Part shown: one piece after another, positions 38,239 through 50,681 of the stretch | Numbering within the stretch: position 1 is the first letter of the stretch | Layout: each line of letters begins with the position of its first letter | From: Squalus acanthias | Lineage: Eukaryota | Direction of reading: 5' to 3' | DNA: 64,000 bases | Assembly: GCA_030390025.1 (NCBI GenBank) | Contig: CM059432.1 | Location: 115,818,001-115,882,000 of the forward strand | The notes under the pieces: generated by a model | Told to the model about the DNA's origin: nothing | Databases searched by the model: none | Seen by the model: only the letters and a program-made list of their open reading frames with translations | Translations under genes and position numbers: made by a program

Positions 38239-38806
38239 GGAGCGGATTTTCACCTTGGGCGATAAACGGGTGGTCAGTGTGAGCACGTCACCCGCCCAAA
38301 GGTCCTCGGCGCGAGGCCTGAGCCGTTTTTGGATGGGCGAACCTCATCTGCACAACCCTGGCAGACTGCAAGCGCTGAACCAGCACTCGCAGGCAGCTCA
38401 CTCGGAGTAAGGCAATCTGATGGCTCCTTCAAGGGGCCGAGCTGGAAATTCGGCAATAAAAGGAGGGGGCCGGAGGGTAGGGCGGGGTGGGGTTATGGAC
38501 GGGCAATACTTGTGGGACCAGGAGGGGAATTTGGATTTACCGATTTCCAGAGTGCTGGTTCGGCCTGTTACCGCCTAGTGCCAATGGGCGGGCGGTGCAT
38601 GGTGCTTGGTTTTCCTAAGGTCTGGAGCGCATGGTGCATGCTTTGTCCATTGGTACCTGATAACTGCATATAACTGGTGTAGGACCCTGATTTGCATATT
38701 ACAAGTAGGTTCCCAGCTGAAACAGGCCGCCTATGCGAAGGCACCAATGGAAATGCCAACGAGTGGATCAGGAATGCGAACGTAACTGGGGGCGAAAATC
38801 ATCCCC
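38239..38806. mobile_element. Degenerate Harbinger-type MITE
   Basis: GGAGCGGATTTTCACC ... GGCGAAAATCATCCCC inverted ends. Confidence 0.55.
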
Positions 38807-39099
38807 TCACCCCTCGTTTCCCACCTCCTCCCATCTTCAGGCGTATGCACTTTAACAAGACTGAGAGTCAAACAGAAAGAAGAGAATATAAACAAAGAAA
38901 GATGAACAAAATTAAAATTAGGAAAGAACTATGACAAGTGAACAAAGGGAGTGAATTTGTTCACTCATTTCTGTGGATAAATTGCACAGAAATGTCGTTA
39001 TCATGGGGAGGAGCACAGGATGGAGCAAAAGAGAGTCAGGAAACATTCAAGGAGGAAGCAGCCTACCAGATATGATCCACTAATGCTTCCCCCCCCCCC

Positions 39100-39950
39100 C
39101 CCCCCCGCCAATCATTAAATATACAGGCAGCACAGCTCATATGAGGACCTTACAGTGGAGTTTTGCACAAGAGTGAGTTTTACCAAAGAGGCAATGGGGC
39201 AACTCTGTCACCAACCGCATCAACACTCATCTGACAGCACTGCTCTCTCCGTGAACTTTTATGGCACAGCCTCATTTCAGGCAGCCATGGGTGGTCTGTG
39301 CAACATCAGCCCGGCAGCAGTACAGGTATACCGTCGTCAGGTCACCGATGCCCTTCACAGGAAAGTAGGCAAATTCATCACCTTTGGCGTTACAGCAAGG
39401 CAGCAACGAGATAGGGCCATCCACTTTTACGGGTTTATTGGCTTTCCCAAGGTCCAGGGTGCGATCAACAGCACAAACATTTGCGTTCTCCCACAGAACA
39501 CTCCCTCAGCCACCTCAAAGGGGAAGAGGTGCTGCTTCCTCAATGTGCAGATTGTGTGTGACAACACGCAGAGGATCCTACATTTCAATTCCTGATATGC
39601 TGGAAGTTATCATGATGCCTTCATGCTCTGAAATTTGTCCCTCCCTGACCTTTTTATTGAAGAAAATCATATGAAAGGAAGGCTTCTGGGTGACAAAGCC
39701 CTGCTCCTATGGATAATGATCCTAGAAAGAGTGGCCAGAATAGTTTTTGAGGAGCACCACAACGAGCACAAGCCTCTGCAAGATTGGTCATTAAGGGGGC
39801 CATTGGGATCTTAAATTCACATTTCTGCAGCCTGGAAAAATATGGAGGCCTCTGCAGTATGTTGCAGATCAATAGTTATAGCCAGCATCACCATATATAC
39901 AACTTCACCATTCAAGAAGAGCTGGACTTGGACATTGCTGTCAAGGATGC
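39100..39950 (+). pseudogene. Decayed Harbinger transposase
   Basis: NFYGTASFQ, GFPKVQGAINST, FLNVQIVCD, VIKGAIGILNSHFCSLEKYGG. Confidence 0.8.
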
Positions 39951-40977
39951 CCTGGTTCAATTGCATCCAGGGGTATCAGAGCACATCTCATCACTAGAGT
40001 CTTCTCTTCTGTATAATAATCTACCTTTGACACCACCACCTCATCTTCTTCTCCCCCACTTTCCAATAAAGGGACATTCCTTCAATCCACTACGCATCCA
40101 ACAACATGACAACACATCAGCGCTCGTTACCACTACACGAGCATGCTAGTAATCATCACCTGAGTGAATAACCCAGCAACAAATAAGTGCAACCTTTCCT
40201 GTATGATGCTATGATGAATAACAAAGCGTGATGTTAGGGCACATTCTATTTCAGTACACTGAAGTCCAAATCCACTCTTTCCAAAACCATGCATCTTTTG
40301 GTACATACACATGCCTTTTTTTCATCTATTCTAGTGCTCCTTCTAGGTGCAATGTAAAGGCCAGTATCGTGGGGGTGGTTGTCTGCTTATGCTTTATAAA
40401 AGGGTTACAGGACAGTGGTGACCCTCGTCTCTTGGCAGGTTGGTCCTGGTAGGAAACCTCTGCTGGCTGCATCTCTGGAGCTTGTTCCTGGGCAGCCTGG
40501 TGTCACCTCCCACATTCCACTGCCGTGGTGCTCTGAGGGGGAAGGTAAAAGGCCTGGCATGTGCAGCTGTTCTGTGACACAGCGGCATCAGGCAGGCGGG
40601 CTCAGCCATCACCATTCCACCGAGCCCTGGATCTGTGGCCCCACTGATCAGCGGGATGTCTGGTCTAATGACAGCGACCAGATTTTGAAAGCCCTAAGAA
40701 ACAGCAGGGTGCAGCATGCCTGCCCTGGCCTGGAAGCTGTTATGTAGGCTGCTTTCTATCCCCTTCTCTATTGCTACAAGAACTTCATTCTGTGGTCCCA
40801 TGGAGGTGGGGACTCCAACTGCTCCCTGGCCATTTCATGGGTGAGGATCTGCTGTAGATACAAGTGGAGCTGGCACCCGCTCCATTTGTTCCTGCAACAA
40901 AGAAAAATGCCCCTATTTTAATTGGGCAGGGGGTAACGGTGTGTGCGAGCCCCAAAGTGGGCGGCACACCCGCAAAC

Positions 40978-41106
40978 TTCACCTGACGAAGGAGCAGCCG
41001 CTCCGAAAGCTTGTGATTTCAAATAAAGCTGTTGGACTATAACCTGGTGTTGTGCGACTTCTCACATTTGTCCACCCCAGTCCAACACCGGCATCTCCAC
41101 ATCATG
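40978..41106 (+). mobile_element. Penelope-like terminal repeat fragment (129 bp)
   Basis: TCACCTGACGAAGGAGC..GCTCCGAAAGCTTGTGATTTCAAATAAA..GTTGGACT...AGTCCAACACCGG; candidate TSD GCAAAC (40972-77 / 41107-12). Confidence 0.8.
40979..41016 (+). ncRNA. Minimal type I hammerhead ribozyme
   Basis: Stem I TCAC/GTGA, core CTGACGA, stem II GGAGC/GCTCC, GAAA, palindromic AGCT stem III, UH = TT. Confidence 0.8.
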
Positions 41107-42020
41107 GCAAACAACAGCGAACTCGAGGCACTCCTGCGCCTCTTGGGTGCACAAAAATAATCTCAACACGGCGCATGGTACGCCCAGTTGTCAGTCATAA
41201 TTACAATCGGGGTCCAAAGAACGTCATAGTTCCCCGATTTACATATTAAAAGGTCTGAAACAGGTGAGTGATCCAGAATTAAATATCTGGGCTAGTGCAA
41301 CAGAGGAACTCAAAATTTAACCGGGATTTTGTTTGGTCTGAACACAAGATCAGACTAAATAAATTACAGCGTAACATTCCAGTCAACTTTAGGCTGATTG
41401 TGTGCGAGTGGTGTAATCCATCCTACAGCTGTACATTAAGGCAGCTAACATCGAAAATAGTGTCAGATTCACGTCCTGACCGACGAACAAAAGGCCCCTT
41501 TGAGGATGGCGATGGCATGTGCACCACGGGAAAAGGGGCATTAAGCCATTTTCAGGCTGTTAGCTGCCCCGCTTATGCCGGGCGGTCGGAGATAAAATCT
41601 ACCTCCCAGTATTTTCTAACTTGGTAACTTGGTGCAGATAACACGCTGTTTGTGGAACCTCACAGAATCTAGCCTGGAGAGGCTTAAATACAACAATTGT
41701 CAAGTTCAAGTTCCAACTGGACGTCATAGTTTAATGACATTGGCAAATATGCACCAGCTGTTCATGGGCAAACTAATCTGGGGATTTTATGAATGTCCAG
41801 AGTCAGGCCATATTGTTCATTATTGTTCATTAACTTCCTGGAGAATCTAACAAGGTTACATCATATACTTGCCAGCTGTTACCATGCAACACAGCAGTTC
41901 AGCTTTGTACCTAGCTGGCTAACACTGACATTTGGATTTACAGGAAATTAAATCTGGGAAAGAAACCAAATATTGAAAAATACAATCCGTTGACGAATAA
42001 AATAAGTTGCCAGGCCAAGT

Positions 42021-42103
42021 TTATATATATCTAATATCATATCTATATATCTACATATATATATATCTACATACATTATATATATACATATATATATATC
42101 TAT
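42021..42103. repeat. Imperfect (TA)n microsatellite
   Basis: TATATATATCTA... tract. Confidence 0.9.
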
Positions 42104-42266
42104 CTAAGTGAAGGGAGGGGTAAAGCATAGTAGGTATCAATCTCTTGAATTGATTGAGCTCTTTAGCATCATGCCTTTCATGTCAAATCATATGGTTTGG
42201 TGCTCACAGTAGACAGATGAACATTTTCGAAGAGCACCTGGCTTCGCATTTCGCCAGTAATCCAAT

Positions 42267-43010
42267 GGCCCAAAAATTAGTCCCGTGACGCGAGAGTACG
42301 CACTGTGTACTCTCGCGTATTCTGTCACCAATTGCCGGTTCTCTGCATGCACTGCGCATGCGCTGAAAACCGACACTTGGTTTTTGGAAAAGGGGGCGGT
42401 TCCTCGGTGCACCGCGTGCGCACTACAGGCTGCGCGCACGCTGTGTACTTAGTGCTTTGGACGCGCAGGTAAGGACGGAAGATTTTAGAAATGAAAAAAG
42501 GAGGAGTAAGACCCACTTTTAACAAGGTAAGTAGTGAATTAAGTATTATTTTGAATTTTTTTTAACAGGTATATCTTTTTTAGAGACTTTAAAGACAGGT
42601 AAGTTTATTTTTATAACTTTTTAAAAGATTTTAAATTTTTTTAAAAATTTAATTTTTTATTTAAAATGGTTAATTTATTTAACTATACTTATTTTATTAA
42701 TGTGATGGGTTTTTTAAAAAATTTAATTGAGGTTTAGCTGTTATTTTGGGGGAGTGTAAGATTCATAGCTTTCACAGCACGTATGTGAAACTTATGAATG
42801 GAAGATGGTGTGCTGCCATTGGCTCTAACTGAGTCACGTGATCCCACAGCTCGCACGAATTCACTACGCCGGTGGGATACGCAAGCACTGCCCAGCTGAT
42901 GTCTAGAACATCAAGTTCGTGCGAGCTGGATCTGAAAAAGCCAACGCGGAGTGAGAGATCGCGCCTGCTCCTTACCCCCGCGGGAACAGAGCGAGATCAA
43001 TTTCTGGGCC
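42267..43010. mobile_element. Harbinger-type MITE family M1, copy 2 (744 bp)
   Basis: TIRs GGCCCAAAAATT / AATTTCTGGGCC; flanks AAT/ATT; colinear with 17405-18154. Confidence 0.9.
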
Positions 43011-43374
43011 ATTATTATTCTGCGCCCATTTGGGCTATCTTTACTGAATAACGAACACACTCACAGTGGTTCTATTTACATGGAGTCAATAATGTCAATT
43101 TCTTTTGCGATTTTCCCATTGGAAGCAGGTTGGAAGCAGGTTTGTGGGCAGGCGGGTGCCGAACTTGCCTCCACTGTCAGGTGGGAAAAAGTTGGGATTT
43201 TCCCCTAATTGCCGAATTAACTCCGGGCGTGTGGGTTCCCCTGGGCCAATTACTCTTTTTGGACTGAAACTCGCCTCTGCTGACGCCACTTATGCAGCTT
43301 CATTTAAGGGCTGCTTGCTTCCTTGGCTCATTTCACTGCTGTTTTGTGTCTGCTGAACACTTCGCTGAGAAGAG

Positions 43375-45501
43375 ATGGCCAACTCGAGAGCCAAGGCCTC
43401 CCCGAGGTTCTCCGATGAGTCTCTGAGTATTCTGGTTGAGGGAGTGAGAGCGAGCAAGGAGGTGCTCTTCCCCTCATCTGGGAGGAAGAAGCCTCCCAAA
43501 CAAACCAAGGCTGTCTGGGTGCAGCTGGCACGGGATGTAACCTCCAGATCTGTGTGCAGCAGAACATGGCTGCAGTGCCGCAAGAGGTTCACTGACCTTG
43601 TAAGATCAGCCAAAGTGAGTATACCATCAGCTTGACCCTCATTCTGCTCCCCTTCTCCTCTCATCACCAGCACTCTGCATTGTCAACCTCCTCCTACACA
43701 TCCCACTTCACTCTTACAACCCTTGCACCCTTAACCATCCCACTCACTCTATGAACACAATCACTTCACTATTCGACTATGCTGCCGTCACACTCCCTCC
43801 CTTAACCAACCCTCTCACTCTATGAACACAATCACTTCACTATTCGACTATGCTGCCCTCACACTCCCTCCCTTAACCAATCCTCTCACTCTATGAACAC
43901 AATCACTTCACTATTCGACTATGCTGCCTTCACACTCCCTAACAATGTTATGCAATGACGACTAACAACACACAGGGAGGGCCCTTGGAAATGGAACCTC
44001 ACTCCATCTTTGTCTCCTTCTAAGCATCTATGTGCTGGACTCTCTACACTCACTCCATCATTCTCACTCAAACTCCACTAGTCTCCCTCATTGCAGGAAA
44101 AGAGAGCCCACAATAAAAGGGAAAGGGCGAAGACTGGAGTAGGGCCACCTTCCCTCGCCCATTTGACCAATGCTGAAGAGGCGGCCCTGGAAATTGTTGG
44201 CACTGAGGTGGAGGTGGAGGTGGGGGACGGACAGACGGGCGCAGCAGAGCAAGCTGGTGACAGAATAGTTTTGCATCTCTCTCTTTTACATTGCAGGAGT
44301 CACTAAAATGGCTGCGAATGTACATTTATAGAATGGCAATTGATCATCTGCGCTATTGCATGTGCATGCCACACTACCGTAACATCTCTAACTCATTCCT
44401 TTACTCCCCCACAGGACCATCGACAGGCACCTTCCCCACTGTTCAGGAGGAAGAGCCTGAGGCGGAAGACTCCTCAGAGGAACCTGCAACCTCTGAGGAT
44501 GCAGCGTCAACAGATGTAAGCGCACCCAGCACCAGCGCAGATACGCATACCTCGGTGGGTCCTTCGGGAGATAGAGTAGTGTTGTCACCTGGTGTATCAC
44601 AGCTCACAAGTGAGCATCAGCTGGTGGTGGATAAAGGGACAGCAGTGGAGAGTCCTCGTCGGATGTCGCAGGGCTCTGCCAGCTCTGCTCAGCTGCATGT
44701 GGACTCTGTGCCTCTGGGTCCATCCAGAAGGAGAGCGGTGCTGGAACTCCAGGAACAGGTGAGGAGTCTCTGGCAGGTTTTGTCTCCAGGGTCACTGCGT
44801 GTGTGGAGAGGATGGAGGTGTCTAACTCGAATATGAGCAGAGCCTTTGTGGAGTCATTGGCGCATGAGCGCATCTCCTCGAAAAGGTTGGCTACCTCCGT
44901 GGAAGCGATGTCTACCTCCGTGGTATCGATGACTGCCTCTCTGCAGACGATGGCCAGGGCCATGGAGGAGATAAGTTGCCATAGTGTTGAAAACATGGTC
45001 AATGTTCAGAATAGACTGACATCTCTGGAGGAGCGATGGCCAGCTATTGATCAGAGACACCAGAGCTTCATGGAAGTCCTCAGCAGTAGGACTGCCAGTG
45101 CAGACACGGGTCCTCATGGCCCCCTTGATGTGCAGCAAGGCACTGTCAAGCCACTTGCTAGCGCTGAGGTGGGGCTGACCCATAAGAGGGATGTTGGTGG
45201 CAGAGAACAAGGAAGTGGGGACTCCTCTCCAAGCGTTCACACTTCCATGCCACTGCGTTGCCCTCGGTCAGAGCCCCACCAGTGTCCTCACCCAACTGAG
45301 ATGGGCGTCTTAGCCCCTGCACAGCCGCAGGAGGAGCAGACTTTTGGCAAGGCCTCACAGGCTCGTAAACCCAGAGGACGCCCGCCAAAGGTGTCGAAGC
45401 AGGAGCAGCATGAAACTGAGCAAGGGGCGTCCACTTCTGCTGAAGCCACAGGGGAAGCACCACGTAGCAGCACGCGTAAGAGGAAGATAAAGCAGAATTA
45501 G
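43375..45501 (+). pseudogene. Harbinger Myb/SANT gene, exons 43375-43614, 44097-44256, 44415-45501; one frameshift near 44800
   Basis: MANSRAKASPRFSDESLSILVEGV...WLQCRKRFTDL; GT-AG introns phases 0 and 1; basic C-terminus STRKRKIK. Confidence 0.85.
43729..43940. repeat. 71-bp tandem repeat (~3 copies) in Myb intron 1
   Basis: CTCACTCTATGAACACAATCACTTCACTATTCGACTATGCTGCC at 43743, 43814 and 43885. Confidence 0.95.
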
Positions 45502-46235
45502 TCACACGGGCAGTCACTTCGACTTTTTTTGTGTTTAATAATTAAATGCCAACCCTTTGTGAATGTATTAAACTCTGGTGATGGCAAACTGTTGACATTA
45601 TGGCCTCTGTGATTTCGGTTTTGGAAGTTCGACATTGCAGCCTCAGTGAGACTTGCTTGGTCAGGTTGGTGGTCAGAGTGAGAGGAAGCCAGAGAAGGAG
45701 CCAAGCACATGTGCTAGAATGGGCAGCCTAAGCTAATCTGGCCAAGATGAGTGCATCCCTTGCATTCCGGCCAGCAATGTGCTCGCGTGCTGCTGCTGCT
45801 GCTGATTGATGCCCCTCCGCTCGGTCATCATTCTCCTTCTCCTCCTCTTCCTCCTCCTCTTCATCTGAGGAGGCTATGTACTGAGCCACTTGCTCCTCAG
45901 GAAGCTGCAAGCCATGATGCTGTGCGATGTTGTGCAGCGCACAGCAGAGCACGACCATTCTGGAGACCCTGGTGCTGAGTACTGTAGGGCTCCACCTGAT
46001 CGGTCAAGGCATCTGAATCGCATCTTCAGCAAGCCGATGGTTTGTTCGATGATGGACCTGGTCGAAATATGGCTGGCATTGTAGCACTCCTCAGCTTCAT
46101 TTGCTGGTCTTCTGATCGGCGTCATTAGCCACGTCTTCAGGGGGTAGCCCTTGTCTCCAAGTAGCTATCCGTTAAGTTGGTTTGGTGGCTTGAAGAGCGA
46201 AGGCACACTAGACTGCTGGAGGATGAACGAGTCAT

Positions 46236-47594
46236 AGAAACATAGAAAAATAGAAGTAGGAGTAGGCCCTTTGAGCCTGCTCCACCATTCAATATGATCA
46301 TGGCTGATCCTCTATCTCAATACCATATTCCCGCTCTCTCCCCATACCCCTTGACAACTTTGGCGTCTAGAAATCTATCTATCTCCTTCTTAAATATATT
46401 CAGTGACTTGGCCTCCACATCCTTCTGTGGTAGAGAATTCCACAGGCTCACCACCCTCTGAGTGAAGAAATTTCTCCACATCTCAGAGAGGATGGAGGTG
46501 TCCCCACGTTCTAGAGCCCCCAGCCAGGGGAAACATCCTCCCTGCATCCAGTCTGTCTAGCCCTGTCAGAATTTTGTACATTTCAATGAGATCCCCTCTC
46601 ATTCTTCTAAACTCTAGTGAATACAGGCCTATTCAACCCAATTTCTCCTCATACGACAGTCCTGCCATCCCAGGAATCAGTCTGGTGAACCTTCGCTGCA
46701 CTCCCTCTATGGCAAGTATATCCTTTCTTAGGTAAGGAGACCAAAACTGCACACAGTACTCAAGGTGTGGTCTCACCAAGGCCCTGTATAACTGTAGTAA
46801 GGCATCCTTGCTCCTGTACTCAAATCCTCTTGCAATGAAGGCCAACATACCATTTGCCTTCCTAACTGCTTGCTGCACCAGCATGTTTGCTTTCAGTGAC
46901 TGGTGTACAAGGACACCCAGGTCCCTTTGTACATCAACATTTCCCAATCTATCACCATTTAAATAATATTCTGCCTTTCTGTTTTTCCTACTGAAGTGGA
47001 TAACTTCACATTTATCCACGTAATACTGCATCTGCCATGTATTTGCCCACTCACTCAACTTGTCTAAATCACCTTGAAGCCTCTTTGCATCCTCCTCACA
47101 ACTCACAATCCCACCTAGTTTCGTGTCGTCAGCAAACTTGGAAATATTACATTTGGTTCCCTCATCCAAATCATTGATATATATTGTGAATAGCTGGGGC
47201 CAAGCATGGATTCCTGTGGTACCCCACTAGTCACTGCCTGCCACCCCGAAAAAGACCCATTTATTCCTACTCTCTGTTTCCTGTCTGTTAACCAATTTTC
47301 AATCCATGCCAGTGACGTAAGAAAACTACTAGGCACTCGGTCTAAGCGTTAAACCAAGCTTTAATCAACTGTTTTCCAACATGGAGATCTAGTTGTGTCC
47401 TTTACTAGTTCCTGTTGAAGAATGTCCAAAGCAAGCTGGGCCCATGCCCGAGTATTTATACTCTCCCTGGACAGCGCCACCAGCAGGCCGCCCAATATTA
47501 CTTCATACAATATTCATGTCAGCCAGTATATTACCCCCAATCCCATGTGCTTTAATTTTGCACACTAACCTCTTATGTGGGACTTTATCAAAGG
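46236..47594 (-). mobile_element. 5'-truncated CR1 in HE transposase
   Basis: TSD GTCAT (46231-35 / 47595-99); tail CATAGAAA; RT ORF 46633-47169. Confidence 0.93.
47313..47521 (-). mobile_element. 209-bp solo LTR inside CR1
   Basis: TGAC...GTCA termini; exact 5-bp TSD GCCAG; minus-strand TATAAATA (~47453-60) and ATTAAA (~47360). Confidence 0.85.
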
Positions 47595-48815
47595 GTCATG
47601 GCAACTGCCAGGGTACTTGGCGCAAACATACAAAATCTCCTTGTGGTTACACACCAGCTGTACATTGAGGGAGTGGAAGCCCTTGCGGTTGACAAAAATA
47701 GCTGGGTTGTGATGGGGTGCCCTCAGGGCCACATGTGTGCAGTCTATGACACCCTGCACCATTGGCAAGCCTGCCATATTTGCGAATCCAACCGCACGCG
47801 CGGTTATACTTGCTTGATCCGTTGAAAAGTTGATGTAATTGTGCGCCTTTGCGAAGAGGGCATTGGTAAACTGCGTGATGCAACTGTGGGCGGCCGACTG
47901 GGAGATGCTGCTGATGTCTGCTGATGATCCCTGGAAGGAGCCTGAAGCAAAAAAGTTGAGTGTGGTGGTGACTTTGACAGCCACTGGTAAGGGGTGTCCA
48001 CCGGATCCTCTGGGCTCCAGGTGTTGGTGCAGCATTGCGCAGATGTCTCTGACAACCTCTCGCGAAAGTCTCAGCCTCCTTTGGCACTGCTGCTCACTCA
48101 TGTTGAGGAAGCTCATCCTCTGTCTGTAAACCCTGAGAGGAGGGTATCTCCTGCGGCGACGTGCTGCCATGCGCTGTCGCCTTCTGCCCTGTGCACCATC
48201 AGGTGGGTGAGCAGGAGGTTGGCGCTCCTGCTGCTGTTCTGCCTGGTTCTGCTGCTGCCGTGGCTGCTCCTCGTCCGAATCTGAGGTCCATGATGAAAGG
48301 ACATAAATGTTTCCCATGCTGCTGGTAGATACCTCCGTTGGAGAAGCGCTCAGTCCAAGTGGGGAGAGGGTTTTCCCAGGAGGTCCCAAAGTAGATAGAT
48401 CTCAGCTGCACCACCTCCGACTTCAGTAGGCCTGGAAAAAGTGCTCAAAGACCTGTGCAACAAAAGTTCTGCCACCTGCAACTCATCCCTGTTGAATGCT
48501 TCGTTTTTATGGTGGAGCTGCAGCTGTGAGGAGGCCAGCCACTTGTCAACCCGCCAGGATTAGCTGCCGTGGTTTAGGAGCAGCGTGCAACACGCTGTAA
48601 ATGTGGCAAAATAACAAAAGCCTGGCAAAATAGGATTATTGAGGCCCTTAAGTGCTTCTTAAGGGTCTTAACTGCCTCTTCCGACTCTTGGAGGCGGGAC
48701 CGAAAGTTGCGCGGAGGCGGGTTGGAGGCGGGTTCCCAACCTGCACTCAATTTTTGCAATTTTACCAACTGTCCCGCCTCCAAACCCGCCTCCTCAGGGC
48801 TGGGGAAATCGCCCC

Positions 48816-49748
48816 CGTTGATTCTAGATTTTGGTAAGGCTAACTTTAATGGGATGAGACAGAGACGACAACACACTTGTCAAAACTGTTATCGGGCAAA
48901 ACTACAGATGAACAGTGGGAAGTGTTCAAAAAACAATTTACCTTAATACAGGACCAGTATAAATCCCTGAAGGGCAAGAGCTCCATTTACCAAATAAAAC
49001 AGCCATGGTTGACAAAAGAGGTGAGAGATAACATAATACGAAAGGAAAGAGCACATAAAAATGCAAAGAATACTGTAGATCCAGGGGACTGGGCGAGGTA
49101 TAAAGAACAGCAAAGGAAGACAAAAAAAATAGTAAGAGCTGCAAAAAGGAAATACAAAATGAAACTTGTGAGGGATATCAAGATTAACACAAAAAGTTTT
49201 TACAATTATGCTATAAGAAAAAGGGTAGTCAGGGGTCATGTCGGCCTTTTAAAAACAGATATGGGTAATATTGCAAATGAAAATAAGGAAATGGCAGACT
49301 TGTTGAATAATTACTTTGTGTCAGCCTTCACAGTAGAGGAAGAGGATAATATACCTGACATTCCAGGGGAACTAATAATGAATCAAGGACTGGAACTCAC
49401 TAAACTTAACGTAAGCAAGAAAACAGTATTAGAAAAAATAATGGCACTAAAGAAAGACAAATCCCCAGGACCTGATGGTTTCCATCCCAGGGTCTTAAAA
49501 GAAGTAGGTGAGGAAATTGCAGATGGTTTAGCCATAATCTTTCAAAGCTCTCTCGATTCAGGAATTGCCCCTTTAGATTGGAAAATTGCAAATGTAACTC
49601 CAGGTGAGGTGAGAGAGAGAAACCAGGAAATAATAGAGCTGTTAGTCTAACATCTGTTGTGGGGAAGTTATTGGAATCTATAGTTAAGGACAGTGTGACT
49701 GAGCACCGAGAGAAATTTGAGCTGATTAGAGAGAGCCAACATGGATTA
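48816..49748 (+). mobile_element. CR1 ORF2 internal fragment
   Basis: ORF 48877-49650: PWL, KSPGPDGFHPRVLKE, WKIANVTP. Confidence 0.9.
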
Positions 49749-49945
49749 CATCCTTCGCTTCATCTGGCGCTTTAACAAAAAAAAACATTTTTTCTTCCTT
49801 TCAGGTGTCATGGATGGCAAGCTTTAGCAACTCTTGGACACCAATGTCCTCAGCAAAGGCCTCAGCTTTAATCCCTTATGCCACACCTCAATGAATTTTG
49901 AGCTCAGCACAACGCTGAGCTCGACTTCCGTTGCCTTCCTTGGTG
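49749..49945 (+). mobile_element. Penelope ORF fragment
   Basis: VLSKGLSFNPL motif typical of the PLE N-terminal region. Confidence 0.55.
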
Positions 49946-50681
49946 AGTTTAATGAGCAGGAAGATATCACCATAGCAGTGCAAGAAGTGAATGGTACAGA
50001 AAAAAACTTCTCCTGAGAGCACAGATATATTGGCCATTCATGAGTATATTGCTGTGGAGGAGGAAGAGGAAAGAGTGGCCCAGGAACACAAAAGGCACAC
50101 TAGACATACACCTCACAGAGGGTTCTAACCCAGGCAGCAGGTAGACTACAACAGACTCAGATACTTAGGCATGGCAAAAGGATAGTGCATGAGGGTGCTA
50201 AGTGAAACTAGAGGCAAAAATCTATGAAGTGCTGACAGTCATCATGAAGGTGTCAGTAAACGCAGAGAGGCCCCACTGGATTGGAAACAAGCCAGCATAT
50301 TACCCATTCTCAAGAAAGATGATGACACAAACCATTTTAACTATAGATCTGTTAATCTTGCATCAGTAACTGGCAAAATAATGGGCCTAGAAATTGGATA
50401 TGGCCACGAAACGGGCAGTGTCATGGCCCATCGATGTTAAGCTGCGCCAGGTCAAAATAGTCTAGGTAGCATGCAAAATTCGTGCTCAGTCTTCATGAAC
50501 ACTAAAGCCATTGCTCATTGGCTTACTGCTCAACAGGTGGGCCAATATCGTGTCCAGTCTAATTCCCAGTCATGTTTGGCACAGGCTTTAGTCAGTTCTT
50601 AAAGGGGAGGTGCATTGATGCTGCAGCACTTCATTGTCAAGCCACTCACAACTTCAGCTGGAAGAAGATGACAGTGAAAAT

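Larger units (their letters stand above)
45728..48389 (-). pseudogene. Harbinger (HARBI1-like) DDE transposase, split by CR1
   Basis: [65 protein letters not shown]. Confidence 0.92.
43105..48815. mobile_element. Harbinger transposon copy HE (Myb + transposase convergent)
   Basis: Ends GCGATTTTCCC / GGGGAAATCGCCCC with inverted subtermini; both genes present. Confidence 0.85.

Noticed and set aside
43729..43940. CRISPR-like array
   Set aside because: Head-to-tail repeats with no unique spacers, in a eukaryotic intron.
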